64,000 nt of DNA, taken from the NCBI GenBank assembly GCA_034226945.1, contig CP120454.1, positions 1,426,001 to 1,490,000 on the forward strand, given 5' to 3'. The position numbers and the translations under genes are program-made. The notes below the pieces were generated by a model. That model made no database searches. It was not told where the DNA came from and saw nothing but the letters and a program-made list of their open reading frames with translations. Shown piece by piece: positions 42,989 through 58,700 of the stretch; position 1 is the stretch's first letter; every line of letters begins with the position of its first letter. This stretch comes from Picochlorum sp. SENEW3. Lineage: Eukaryota.

Positions 42989-44679
42989 TCATGCGTTCTG
43001 CTCTGTTTTGGTCACACCACCAAACTGCCTCAGGAGGAGTTCCTCTCTCTGCTTCTGCTTTCTGATACGGACTTTTTCCAAGGCAACTCGAGACTTGTCC
43101 CATGCTCTGAGGATTCTAGAGAATGCAAAGTATGGGAGGGCTTCCTCTGGGTTTAGATCTGTTCTCTCAGAGTACATGGAATACCAGTCTGGTCTCGAGG
43201 TGGACCAATAGGTGAGGCAATTCTGGATGGGTCCCACGTCGAACGGATTGTAGAATAGAAGCTCTTTATCCTTCAGATAATCGTACTTGTTCCTCACGAT
43301 GAGTTCGTTCGGCGTGAGACCCGCAGCAATGCAAAACACCTGCCTCAATGCCTGGAACCCAGTTCCTGTAATGATGGGGAAAATTGCCAGAAACATCATG
43401 ATAGACCCTGCTCCAGCTGCCGTTGATTTTTCTACTATATTCTCAGATACTTGTATCTTTGCAATGTCGAATAAGTGCCAGATAATCTGGAAAAACGATG
43501 GTTGCACCTGGGCATCTGGCCAGAGCTCAGTGGCAGCCAGCAGCCTGCCAAGAGCTTTGATCGACAGCGCCAGCCAAAGCACTTCGGCTGCAAATAGAAC
43601 AAAGACATAGAAGGAGAATATTCTACGGTTACCCTCCCCGATACAGTTGATGACGACGGGGCAGTGGTGGTCAAATTCTGGTACACAGCGATTGCATACA
43701 GCACAATGCTTGGAGCGGATTGGCTTATAGATTCCGCAACTCACGCAATTGTAGGGATTGGCCTTTTGTATCTCTAAGAGCTGATCTAGTGGAATAGGTG
43801 GAGGAGGATGGCCCCGTGGAAGATATCCTGGTTTGCTCAATGCTGTAGCAATATGAGCTCCTATTGCTGCCAACCCTAATGCATACATGGCAATTGCCCA
43901 TGGCCATAAGTCTACATCGATGCGATCTAAAAATGTGTGAGTAAATACAGCGAGCGCCGTGATCTCCAGCGAAAACACCATACTTCCTGCCATCCTGCTG
44001 GCAGGTATCAATTGATATGGCAACCCAGCAATAAGGGTGTGAGAGACAATACCAAGCGCAATACATGCAACAGGTAACAGCCATATAGCAATCCCAAGGG
44101 GTATCAGTTGCAGCCAAAAGAATAGAGCGCATATGGAAATAAATACTGGGCCAAATGCTAAATCAGTATACGCTAAGAATGACCCTCTGTACAGGGTTAA
44201 AATATCTTGGCTCTTTTCCTCCTCGAACAAGTCAGACGCCTCATCTTTATACTCCTCATAGATGGGCAGAGACATTGGATTTGCTCCCCCTAAGGATTGC
44301 TGCATCTTTGCCATCACATCTGATGGGATGACAGGTATATGTCCGTCCTCTGCTGCCTTGAGTTGGGCTGCCAACTGCTCTGTTGGTACATTCAGTTGCT
44401 TGCCTACTCTCTCAAGCAAATCAGGCCTTTGTTCCACAATAGATGATACCATTGCTGTCATTTGTCGCATCGAGGCCTCGACCTCTGTGGCACCCGTCCC
44501 TCCCGACTCAGGTTTGACATGTTGGCCATGTTCCTCAGGTTTGGAGGGCTTCCTCTGCACCGATCAAACGGTATTAAGACACCTTCACTTTCACAACATA
44601 TAAAATCTACTAGTTTTGACTGCGTATCAAGGTAACTTGCCTTTTGTCTTGGAGGGAGTTTGGGTCCTCCAGGTTGCAT
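42989..44679 (-). CDS. DHHC protein S-acyltransferase
   Basis: [42 protein letters not shown] and NPFDVG. A predicted 13-codon first exon joins through a GC-AG intron at 44640-44555. Confidence 0.9.
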
Positions 44680-44838
44680 TCTCAAGAAACTCGTCAAATA
44701 CGTTCTCTCTCACACCAATCCATGCCTGTCAATACAAATCTTACATATAAATATCAAATTTTAAGGCTTTTCTTTGTACTTTAAACCTGGCTGCGCATGG
44801 AAGCCAAAATCCCATTGGAATGCTTGGTCCCTTGATCA

Positions 44839-44864
44839 AGTTCAAACATCATGATGTTTGAACT
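44839..44864. repeat. Perfect 26-bp palindrome AGTTCAAACATCA|TGATGTTTGAACT
   Basis: Read directly: 13-bp arms with no spacer. Confidence 0.9.
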
Positions 44865-44905
44865 CACTTCTGAATGAGGCTCTCGCTTCCACAAGACATG
44901 GATCA

Positions 44906-46705
44906 TCACGTTTCTGTTCTTGGTACTCTAAATTTGATTGCTCGCGGTAAAATCTCGAATGTAGCTGGCAATTGGCCGAACATTTCGCCATCACATTCGA
45001 TTGGATACTTTGACTTTAACAACTTCTTTTGCTGCTCCTTGATCTCCTGCTTCATCACTTTCAACGTGGATGGTGAGAGTTTTCGAGGCCTATGTTGAGT
45101 CTTTTGGGTGCTCCCACTCGTCACTTCCTCCTGCTCTCCGGTATTGCCCTTGAGTCTTGGATCCTCAGAATAGGACAGACTTTCCTCAGTCTCTGCCAGG
45201 GATTCCTCTCTGGACAATGTATCCTCTTGCTTCTGAGCACTTCCATGATCGACTTTTTCAATATCTAAAGGCTTCCCTTTCCTAGTGGCTGGGACCAAAT
45301 CAATCCTCCGACATTGTTTTGATGAGAGATACTTGGACTTTGAAGGAATGCCTCGAGCCATGGATGACATCAAATTTATCAAGCCTAGAACACCCCCTTT
45401 TCTACCGACCACAATATCCAGCGATCCATCATACGGTGTTGCCTTTGAAGATACACGTAAGCCGTCGCCAAAAATACCTCCGTTGCACGCGGCGATGACA
45501 TGAAACTTGGACAGATGTGACCACTCTCCCCCATCATATGACACCAACACATCTGATCTGGACAGCAGTGATTTGAGGCCACCCAAGAAACCCGCCACCT
45601 TGTATTTCATCAAACCGAGTATTTGGAATGGCTCGATTGTACCCGCGATTCGAGCCGACACGCCTACAGAGGAGATATTCATCCAGTACCTCACAATTGG
45701 CTCTCCATCAGGCCCTGCACATGACACTTTTCCCACATCCATCAAAGCAGTCTCTCCCCTCTTTCCAATCCTCCACATCGACTCTTCAAAATCGTCATTC
45801 CATCCAAGACTTTTGTGAAAATCATTCGCTGATCCAAGCGGCAACACTGTCAGGACTGCTCTGGGCAGGCCCATTTCATCCTTGACATGTGACCGCATTA
45901 TCCCATCAACCACCTCTTCGAGCGTCCCGTCGCCACCTACAGCGATAATCATATCAGCCCCTTTATTAGCAGCTCTATAAGCTAACTTGCGCGCATGCTC
46001 CTTGTACCGAGTCAGATACACTTTCCATTTCACAAGAGACAGTTGGTTCAGCAACCGAGCACACCTCTCTTCCCAAGCCTTTTTCTTCTGCCCATTCACG
46101 ATAATCACCCACAATTCGTCAAATGCATCACGCTCCCTCAACCTATACCCCTTTCTGCTTCCATTAGATGCAGCGCTCGCCTCCTGATTCGACGTCTCCA
46201 CGCTACTCTCACTGGGCCCAAGAGAGGCCTGTGACCCACTCCTGGGCAACCTCTTCTGTGTCCCATCCATTCCCACGACCACATGAGACCCATTCGACCC
46301 CACACCCCTCCTATTCGATTTCTTAATGATACTCCCATGCCGCAGCTTGCCCTGCTCCAGTAACTGCTGATAATGCTCTTGATTCTGCACAGACACTGGG
46401 ACCACCAAAGGGGGTGGCGTTCGCGTCCTCCCACTCTTTGGCCCACTGCAGCTGCTGCTCCGTGTATCACTATCTGTTGTCATATTAGACATACTGTTCG
46501 TCTTTGCTCGCATTGACAACACATCTTCAATCACAATGGAGTGAGACTCGCATGTGGTTGGCTGCTGCCCGGTCCTATCGACACCGCCAGCCCCTCCCTT
46601 TCCATTCAAAGATCCTAAGTCTCCTTCTTGTGACATATTTCCCGCAATCGAGGACGCATCATCCGTGACATCCTCAGCATTGCCCTGCCTACCCTTGTCC
46701 GCCAT
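44906..46705 (-). CDS. DAGK-catalytic-domain lipid kinase (YegS/sphingoid-base kinase-like)
   Basis: Motifs AVGGDGTLEEVVDG, LPLGSANDF, NISSVGVSA, CNGGIFGDG, PYDGSLD and ECDGE. Long disordered N-terminus. Confidence 0.85.
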   Translation of the reverse strand: MADKGRQGNAEDVTDDASSIAGNMSQEGDLGSLNGKGGAGGVDRTGQQPTTCESHSIVIEDVLSMRAKTNSMSNMTTDSDTRSSSCSGPKSGRTRTPPPLVVPVSVQNQEHYQQLLEQGKLRHGSIIKKSNRRGVGSNGSHVVVGMDGTQKRLPRSGSQASLGPSESSVETSNQEASAASNGSRKGYRLRERDAFDELWVIIVNGQKKKAWEERCARLLNQLSLVKWKVYLTRYKEHARKLAYRAANKGADMIIAVGGDGTLEEVVDGIMRSHVKDEMGLPRAVLTVLPLGSANDFHKSLGWNDDFEESMWRIGKRGETALMDVGKVSCAGPDGEPIVRYWMNISSVGVSARIAGTIEPFQILGLMKYKVAGFLGGLKSLLSRSDVLVSYDGGEWSHLSKFHVIAACNGGIFGDGLRVSSKATPYDGSLDIVVGRKGGVLGLINLMSSMARGIPSKSKYLSSKQCRRIDLVPATRKGKPLDIEKVDHGSAQKQEDTLSREESLAETEESLSYSEDPRLKGNTGEQEEVTSGSTQKTQHRPRKLSPSTLKVMKQEIKEQQKKLLKSKYPIECDGEMFGQLPATFEILPRAIKFRVPRTET

Positions 46706-47095
46706 GTCTTCGGTTTTGAAACAGATAGAAACCGGCAGATGGGATATGGCAGATCTTTTCTAGATCAATCTTTTAATATCTTACATGCGGATTGTTTAAC
46801 AGAAGAGAGAGAGAATTCTGGGCAACGTATTTGGCACTTGGTGGCAAATTGACTGCAAGATCTCGAGAGCACGCTGCTCAGATCTGAGCTTCACATGACG
46901 AAACTCTACTCATGACCACAATGCTCCGACAATAAAATACTTTTGAATCCGTATTTTTATTTTGAATCTCGTGTATTGGTGTTCTGCCTTGTGTGAACGG
47001 ACCTGATTGTTCATTTCATCACTGAAACGTTCGACGGTTTTCATCCACGGGAAAGACAGGAAAGGTCAGTCTAGGGAACGTATACGTGCTTGTGT

Positions 47096-50032
47096 ATGCT
47101 TTATACACGTTTGAATACATTTGCCTGGGGAATGCAGCGATATTTGCAATCTTCTCGCGTCTCTTTTCACCGAGTGGCTTGCAGTCGTCCAAAGTTGAAC
47201 CGTGCGTGTTTTGGACAGAGAGTGTGTCAGGGTTATTCACTGAAGAAGGAATTTATTTTGGGTGCCGAGAAAAAGGTTCAAGGGCTGAGGGGAAGAATGA
47301 CTGTGGCGAACGCGACGAGCGACGCTGTAGTAGTAGAGAAGAAGAAGCCAGTGGAAAAGTTTAGAAAGGATTACGAGCCCGTGCCGTATACTGTGGAGGA
47401 GGTTGAGCTTACGTTCAAGCTTGGTGAGGATGTGACCACTGTGGAGAGTTCCATGGCGATGAAGCCGTTGAATGTGAATGGAGTGGCCAGGAGTGTGTAT
47501 TTGAATGGCAGAGAGGATGTGGTGCTCAAGAGAGTTTCCATCAATGGGAGTGAGTTGGAGAAGGGTAAGCAGTATGAGGTGGCGTCTGATGGTATGACGA
47601 TTCATGCGGATGCGATTCCAAAGGATGATGGATGGTCTTTGGAGATTGTGACGGAGATCAAGCCTCAGGAGAACAGCCTGCTGGAGGGGTTGTACAAGAG
47701 CAGTGGCAATTTCTGCACGCAGTGTGAAGCTGAGGGTTTCCGAGGCATTACATACTTTTTGGATAGACCTGATGTTATGGCTATCTACACGACGCGTATT
47801 GAAGCTGATAAAGAGAAGTATCCTGTGTTGCTGAGCAATGGTAATCTGGTCAAGTCTGGTGATATGGAGGGAGGAAGGCACTTTGCCGTGTGGAAGGATC
47901 CATTCAAGAAGCCTTGCTATCTCTTTGCTCTCGTGGCAGGAAATCTTGCCATGAAGGAGGATTCGTACAAGACTGTTTCTGGAAAGGATGTGGCTCTGCG
48001 AATCTATGTCCAGGAGGAGAACATTGGTAAAGTTGATTTTGCCATGGAGAGTCTCAAGCGGGCTATGAAGTGGGATGAGGATACATTTGGGTTGGAATAT
48101 GATCTCAATATCTTCAATATTGTTGCTGTCGATGACTTCAACATGGGGGCTATGGAGAACAAGTCATTGAATGTGTTCAACTCCAGACTCGTGTTGGCCA
48201 CCCCAGATACTGCTACGGATGGAGACTTTGCCAGAATTGAGGGTGTCGTGGGACATGAATACTTCCATAACTGGACAGGAAATAGAGTGACATGCAGGGA
48301 CTGGTTCCAGTTGACTTTGAAGGAGGGTCTTACTGTGTACAGAGACCAGGAGTTCTCTGCAGATATGAACTCCCGTCCAGTCCAGAGAGTAACTGATGTC
48401 ATCAGGCTGAGAAGCGCGCAGTTCACCGAAGATGGGGGGCCTATGGCGCATCCTGTTCGACCAGACTCGTACATTAAAATGGATAACTTTTACACCGTGA
48501 CAGTGTATGAGAAGGGGGCAGAGGTTGTGCGCATGTATGAAACATTGCTTGGAAAAGATGGGTTCCGCAAAGGTATGGACCTGTACTTCCAGAGACACGA
48601 TGGGAATGCAGTGACTTGCGATGATTTCCTGGCTGCCATGGCGGATGCTAATGGGGAAGACCTCTCTGATCTGGCAAAGTGGTATGGGCAAGCAGGAACT
48701 CCTGTGGTGAAGGCAAAGGGCACCTATGATGCTGCAACAAAGACATATACACTGTCATTGTCCCAATCCACGCCTGCCACTCCTGGACAAGACAACAAGG
48801 TACCAGTGTTGATTCCTGTGAAAATGGCATTGCTTGGACAAGATGGGAAGCCAATATCTCTCCGTCTGAGAGGATCGAATGCATCACCCTCAGACGAGAT
48901 GGTACTGAGATTGGCCAAGGCGTCAGAGGACTTTGTTTTCGAAGGAGTCGAGGGCGAGCCAGTGCCATCGTTATTGAGAGGCTTCAGTGCTCCTGTGAAG
49001 ATTGATCTCGAGAACCAGAACGACGAGAACTTGGAGTTTATCCTTGCTCATGACACAGATCCATTCAACCGATGGGAGGCTGGACAAATCCTTGGACGCA
49101 AGCTCGTCATCAAGCTATACGAGGCAGCCATGAACCGCCAAGATAACGAAACTGTCGAGGAAGCCGCACAAAATGCAGGAGGGGTTTCTTCAAGCCTTGT
49201 CGAAGCATTTAGGTCACTTTTGAAGGCTCAGGACTTGGATGGTCAGTTCAGGGCATACGCCATTGGTCTGCCAGCTGCATCCGAACTCATTGGGGCAATC
49301 CCAGAAGCTGATCCAGTGGTGGTTCATAAGGTGAGATCATTTATCGTGAAGGAAATCGCTTCCCGGCTCAGGCCTGACCTGGAAGCCGCAATGAAGGAGA
49401 ATGAGGATGCCCCAGGAACAGCATATCACTTTTCAGCTGCAGAGTGCGCCAGAAGGGCTCTGAAGAACCGCTCTGTCATGTACTTGGCTTCTTTGAAAGA
49501 TGATACGATCTCAGAAAGCATTTTCAAGAGATTCAAGGAAGCGACCAACATGACTGATGAAATATCTGCATTGGCTGCATTGGATATTGCTGGCGGAAAA
49601 TACAGAGACGAGGCATTCGACTTGTTCTTTGAGAAGTGGAAAGGAGAGCCTCTAGTGCTTCTCAAATGGTTCACCTTGATGGCTGAATCAAACCAAGAAG
49701 GAAACCTGGAAGTCATGAAGAAGTTGATGGACCACCCATCCTTCAACATCAAGAATCCAAACAACAACTACTCCTTGTTTGGAGGATTCTCTCGATCAGC
49801 CGTCAACTTCCACGCAGCAGACGGAAGTGGGTACAAGTTCATGGCTGATGCCATCATCATACTTGACGGTATCAACCACCAGGTTGCAGCCCGTCTCGTG
49901 GCCCCCTTCACAGCATACAAACGCTATGATGCAGCAAGGCAAGAGCTCATCAAGAAGGAATTGGAACGCATCGTTAAGAAGGAAGGCCTGTCTGCCAATG
50001 TCTACGAAATCGTCAGCAAATCTCTCGCATAA
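47096..50032 (+). CDS. pepN: M1 aminopeptidase N (PepN/MPA1-type) with transit peptide
   Basis: Motifs TQCEAEGFR, GAMEN, HEYFH...LKE and TVYEKGAE, plus the C-terminal helical domain. Confidence 0.95.
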   Translation: MLYTRLNTFAWGMQRYLQSSRVSFHRVACSRPKLNRACFGQRVCQGYSLKKEFILGAEKKVQGLRGRMTVANATSDAVVVEKKKPVEKFRKDYEPVPYTVEEVELTFKLGEDVTTVESSMAMKPLNVNGVARSVYLNGREDVVLKRVSINGSELEKGKQYEVASDGMTIHADAIPKDDGWSLEIVTEIKPQENSLLEGLYKSSGNFCTQCEAEGFRGITYFLDRPDVMAIYTTRIEADKEKYPVLLSNGNLVKSGDMEGGRHFAVWKDPFKKPCYLFALVAGNLAMKEDSYKTVSGKDVALRIYVQEENIGKVDFAMESLKRAMKWDEDTFGLEYDLNIFNIVAVDDFNMGAMENKSLNVFNSRLVLATPDTATDGDFARIEGVVGHEYFHNWTGNRVTCRDWFQLTLKEGLTVYRDQEFSADMNSRPVQRVTDVIRLRSAQFTEDGGPMAHPVRPDSYIKMDNFYTVTVYEKGAEVVRMYETLLGKDGFRKGMDLYFQRHDGNAVTCDDFLAAMADANGEDLSDLAKWYGQAGTPVVKAKGTYDAATKTYTLSLSQSTPATPGQDNKVPVLIPVKMALLGQDGKPISLRLRGSNASPSDEMVLRLAKASEDFVFEGVEGEPVPSLLRGFSAPVKIDLENQNDENLEFILAHDTDPFNRWEAGQILGRKLVIKLYEAAMNRQDNETVEEAAQNAGGVSSSLVEAFRSLLKAQDLDGQFRAYAIGLPAASELIGAIPEADPVVVHKVRSFIVKEIASRLRPDLEAAMKENEDAPGTAYHFSAAECARRALKNRSVMYLASLKDDTISESIFKRFKEATNMTDEISALAALDIAGGKYRDEAFDLFFEKWKGEPLVLLKWFTLMAESNQEGNLEVMKKLMDHPSFNIKNPNNNYSLFGGFSRSAVNFHAADGSGYKFMADAIIILDGINHQVAARLVAPFTAYKRYDAARQELIKKELERIVKKEGLSANVYEIVSKSLA

Positions 50033-50101
50033 ATAACACAATATACGTGTAAGAAATACGTCTTCAATTCATGCCGAGGATCGGGTTCAAGTCGTGTCGA
50101 C

Positions 50102-53700
<3,599 letters not shown>

Positions 53701-53754
53701 TTGTTGTAATTATTTTTTCTATACTGACTGACGACTGACAAACAGCAAGGCGAT

Positions 53755-54792
53755 ATGGGAATTCCTCTGGCGCAACAGTTACAAGAGGAATTAAAACACG
53801 GTTCACCCCACCTCCGTGTGATATTGCCAGCAGCAGCAGCGATACTATGGACAATTAGAAAATTAACTGGTCATAAAGAACCTGCAAAGGACAAATCCCA
53901 TGGAAAGGTATGTCGCCGTTTGAGAGAAACAAACAACGACTGACGCATTTGGTCAACGCATGCATTCTTCTCTATGTAGGAGACTGGTAAGGCCATAGAT
54001 TTGAATTTCTCATTTAAGAAGAGGGGCAAGACCCCTCATCTACCCTACAAGCCACCTCAAGAAGGGAAAAGGGTGGTCTTGCTGGATATGGTTGTACAGA
54101 CCTCCATCAGAGACTTTTGGAACGATATGCTGTCTTCGTCGAGTACAGAATTAGTTGAATTTCATGCTGGAATGGGGGATCGTGATATCTATCTGGGGTC
54201 GTGGAAGGAACAGGCTGATGGTTCAAAGACAAGACTGTTGAAGTTTGTGAAACCTCTCAAGAATCCCTTGGGGCCAAAGAGCGCGAACAACTACCAAACG
54301 TTCACATTAGTTGACATGTCACCGAATGGATGTACCATGACGGCAAGGTGCACGTCGGAAGGGGTGCCATTTGCAAACTCCTTTGAGAACCACCTGCTGT
54401 GGGTGGTGAGCCAGGAAGATGCTGACCACACTCGAGTGGTCATCACCGGAGAATGCAACTTTACATCACCTGTGTTTGGGCCGTTGAAAGGAACTATATC
54501 GAGAGAATCTGTCAAAGGAATGCAAGCTGCCTATCAGACATTCCATGATGTCTTGAAGAACAAGTATGGAGAGGAAGAGGAAGAAGAGCAGATGATGAGT
54601 GACCCTCTGGATGCCCTATCCAAGTCAACATTTGTATCAGGACTGGCCAACTCGGCACAGACAAACCCTGCCATGCTCGTTGTCATCCTCGCATCCTTCA
54701 TCATTCTGTGGCGAATGGTCATGATGAACACCCTGTACACTCAATTGCTGAAAAGGCTCGCCCAGCAAGCACTCATGTCGCAAGCATCGTGA
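53755..54792 (+). CDS. VASt (StAR-like sterol transfer) domain membrane protein
   Basis: Exon 1 at 53755-53907 and intron 53908-53979 splice in frame. Motifs KPLKNPLGPK, GVPFANSF and LKGTISRES. C-terminal TM. Confidence 0.75.
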
Positions 54793-54794
54793 GT

Positions 54795-55111
54795 CTATTG
54801 TTTTAAAGTTGATATATACAGTACATTATTTCCTCTAATAAAGCAGTCCCCGTATTTGTTCTTCAACTGGCCTCCAACATATTCTTCAGTCTGCTCCATG
54901 GCAATGTTCATAAACCCATCCAAACAAGCCAGGATTCCTGTAATGATACACGGCAACGATTGAATGAATGGCTGTAATACCGTAGTGGTAGTAGTTATTG
55001 AGACGCACCTTTATAATCTACGCCAGAGTTGAGTTTTACGAGCACAGTTTTCCCTTTGATGCTCTTGAGAAAGTCTGTGGGACTCTTCACATGTCCATCT
55101 GTGTTTTCCAT
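54795..55111 (-). CDS. LSM6: U6 snRNA-associated Sm-like protein LSm6 (absent from the ORF track)
   Basis: Splicing intron 55008-54938 gives MENTDGHVKSPTDFLKSIKGKTVLVKLNSGVDYKGILACLDGFMNIAMEQTEEYVGGQLKNKYGDCFIRGNNVLYISTLKQ. Confidence 0.95.
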
Positions 55112-55298
55112 GATGATAATATATAGACAGACAATAATAGTCTAGACTGGATGTTGAGTGCTGTTCAAGATGTTTGCTTGAATCTTGCAAGATACTATAT
55201 ATTCATTTTAAGGAATATGCTGCATGATAAATGGGATGTATCTTCGGACAATGCCTTGGACTATATGTAAATGAGATATTATTATTATTTATGACACT

Positions 55299-55774
55299 AT
55301 GCCTGCAGCAGGAGTGGCGTATGATGGCTCTGTGTGGGTGACTGCAGTGAGCAGTGTTGCTCTGGGTGAGTAGATATTTTTGAGTTTTTTTTTTCCTTTG
55401 GTTTTCTTCTCTGCATTGGATGGACGCCTTGATCCACTCACCTATATACTACTACTGCTATAATAATTGGTATTATGCTGCGTGTCCAGTTGCCGGGACT
55501 GTCGGAATGGTTGCGGCAGGGGGAATTCTGGCTGCCAAGAGGGCCAAAGAAGGGGTGCGTCTTGTGGGTGTGATATGACGAGGTGGGTGCGCGGCGTGAT
55601 TGAAAAGGGTCTTTGATGATGCAGCTTATTCAATTGCCTGGACAAGAGGCGGGTCCAATCGGTGTGGTGGGGTCAAAGGGGAGGAGTCAGCCTTTGGAAA
55701 AGCCAGAGGCAGCATCCACCATGGTTGATGATGTTCCTCCCGGGCCAGATGATGTGGATCGATTTGACGGTTAA
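55299..55774 (+). CDS. Unrecognised 93-aa single-TM microprotein, 3 exons (absent from the ORF track)
   Basis: Exons 55299-55365, 55490-55554 and 55625-55774. Donors gtgagt and gtgcgt, both acceptors cag. The exons splice in frame to a TAA stop. Confidence 0.7.
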
Positions 55775-55787
55775 ATTATTATTATTA

Positions 55788-58700
55788 TTATTCACTTGAA
55801 GCAGGTTTTATAGTCAGCGGTACTTCAAACTCCTGATCAGCACCGAGGTATGAATCACACATGAGGAAGAGAGTGAGTTCTGTGGCTCCAGGTTCCTCTG
55901 GTGCTGCAAATTGTAGTTTAGCTGTCGCCTTGTTCTGTAATGAGATGCGTTTAATGGCCAAAAGTTGATTTTTCTCCACGTCACCGACGACGAGCCACCA
56001 GTTCTCGTCCTTTCTTCCTGGATACAGGGGAGCGTTGACTGGGGATGACCCTTGCTCTCCTGCACCTTCCCTCTCCAATGATACGGTTATCAACACGGGA
56101 TCTCCGGCCTCGATATCACCCTTGTTTGCGACTTCAAAGTCGACTCCAATATCTGGATAGCGTGCCAACCAACTATTGGCAGCGGCCATCTGCTCTTCTG
56201 TCAGCTGTAATGCTTCTTCTCTCTCATCTTCAGTCATCTCTGCAATGTCAAATATTGTTTCCGATCCGTTGGCCATGGCTGTTTTCGCCACTTCTCGGGT
56301 GACTTCAGGAATTTGCATCAGGACTGGATCCTTTTGCCATAGGGACTGAGTGATCATCTGGCTCAGTTCCATTGTTGCCAGGGCTGGATTCAGCCATCCA
56401 GAGGAAGATATCACATCAACCATTGCCTGCAGTAATTTTGGAGCAGCCAATACTGCTTTTTTCGTGTCATACTTGAAATCTGCATTCACTCGCGTTCTAG
56501 ATATGTGTGCCTGAAGAAGTGCATTGACCTTTGTATGGGGGTCTGCATATCTTGGTTTCTCCACAGACAGTGGTGCATGAGCAAGCAATTTTTGGACAGC
56601 CAACTCTTCTCCAGGCCGGACATGGAGATCATCGTATTCCGATGCAGCGGCGAGTATTTCCAAGAGTCCTTTGAGTTTTGTCTTTTTGCCCAAGGAGGCT
56701 GCAAAGACTTCCAAGGTTGTATATTTGACGCAGTAGTATGCTGCAATCATGCCCAGATTCATAGCCTCTACATCAAAGTCATTCTCGATGGAAATTAGTC
56801 CAGATTCTTCCAAATCGGATAGGACACTCTCTACCAGGTCCGACAAGTGATCACTCACATGGCGGTGAGTGACTCCAGTCATGTTGTAATAGTTCGGGTT
56901 TTGGGTCAATCTCCTGTAATAAAAACTCCATGTAATGTAATCTACAGCATCTTGCTTGTTTTGGACAGTTCGTGCAACTATTTCTGCACAGAGAGCATCA
57001 TGCAGTGAGGCATCTAAATGGGATTCGACTGGGAGGGGCTCGAAAAGGAACTTTTTGTAGTACTCTTTTCTTGGAGTGTGGCACATCAACGTGCACATTG
57101 CCCGTGAGTCTATTCCTGCTCTTCCAGCCTTTCCAACCATCTCAAGAAGATCGGACATGCTGTAGTCATTAGCCATGTGCCCTATGGTATCATAGTACTG
57201 AGTTCCCATGATGACAACCACTTTTGCACTCAAAGACAAGCCCCAGTTCTCACCAGCAGTTACTATTAGGAGCTGTATAGCCCCAGATGATAACAAAGCT
57301 TTCACAATGCTCTGCTCTTTTGCAGTTTGTGACTCGTGCAAAAATCCGACGCCGTGTAAGAGCGAGTGCTTTAATGCTGAATCCTTTACTGCGCCCAGGA
57401 AGGGCTCGATATCCTCCTCTGATGCAACCCTGAATTTTGCAGGATTGTTTTCCCCAGCAGCAAATGTAAGCATATCCAAGGCTGTCTTTTTTGCGTGTTT
57501 TCTTGTTGGAACAAAGATAATGGCAGGATCTTTTTCTCCAGCACCTCTAGATACTGCTCTGAAAGCTGGTCGAGCCATGGCTTGCATACGAGCTTCTTGG
57601 GAGCTGATATCGAAACCATTGATCTGAATTTCAACTGGCACAGGCCTAGATGCTGGAGGGAAATTGAAAATCTTTTGCGATGGTGCTCCAATCCAGTCTC
57701 CAATATCTCGAGCATTCGCCAGAGACGCAGACAAGCCGACAATCCTGATTGGAGACGCGAGCTGAGAAGAAATATATCGCACCCTCGAAATTCCAATTTC
57801 CATCGTGGGTCCATTTCTACCTCCAACAAGGTGCAACTCGTCTGCAATGAAAAGTGAGACCTTTTGAACAGCTTTTCGCTGTCTCCAGCGCCGCGAAAGG
57901 GCTTCCCATGCCAATGGGTTTGCCAATACAATATGAGATTTATCTAGAATCTTGACATCCACCAAAGGTTCGCCAGTCAAGCACTGGACTTCCAGGCCTA
58001 ATTTCCCAAACTTTGCAGACCAATCCTCAAATCTATTTTCTACAGTTGCACCAACCGGAGCGACATACACAACTTTGCCCTGGACACCTTGGTTGCCCTC
58101 GAGCAGGCGAAGAATGGCCAGTTCTGCTGCAATATACAGCCCACTCCCAGTTGGAGCTGCCAATAAAACAGAATCGTCTGATCCATACAAGGCATTGAAT
58201 GTCTGTGTCTGTATCGGATTGAATGTGGCAAAAGAATCTTTGTATAAATCCTCAAAGGTTTCATTCCTACAAAACAAGAAGGTGTCAACAACTGTGGCAT
58301 GCGACTGGATGGCAAATCCATGCAACGTACTTGAGAGATGATACAGGCAAAGGCTGTAAGTCCAGTAGATCTGTTGGAGAAGGATATTTCTCTGGAAGGA
58401 TTAAATGGCGGAAGGAAAGTGGCAGCGTGGCTTCGCTGCCGATCCATTTGTCTGAGACAACCCGGACAAAGTACTGGGGTGGCAATGGATCTGTAATTGG
58501 CAATGTGAAGGTCACAATTGAATCCTCTTCACACCTGGGTTGAGTAAGCAAGAATCCTTCCTGATGGATTATGAACTCAGAATCTGCATCTTCTACAATA
58601 ATGATGAATGGCTCCACATATCCATGGATCTTCTCATCCCATCTGAAATCAGGTGTAAGTGTCAGATCAACTTTCAAGAGTGTCCTCGTAATGGGCTGGA

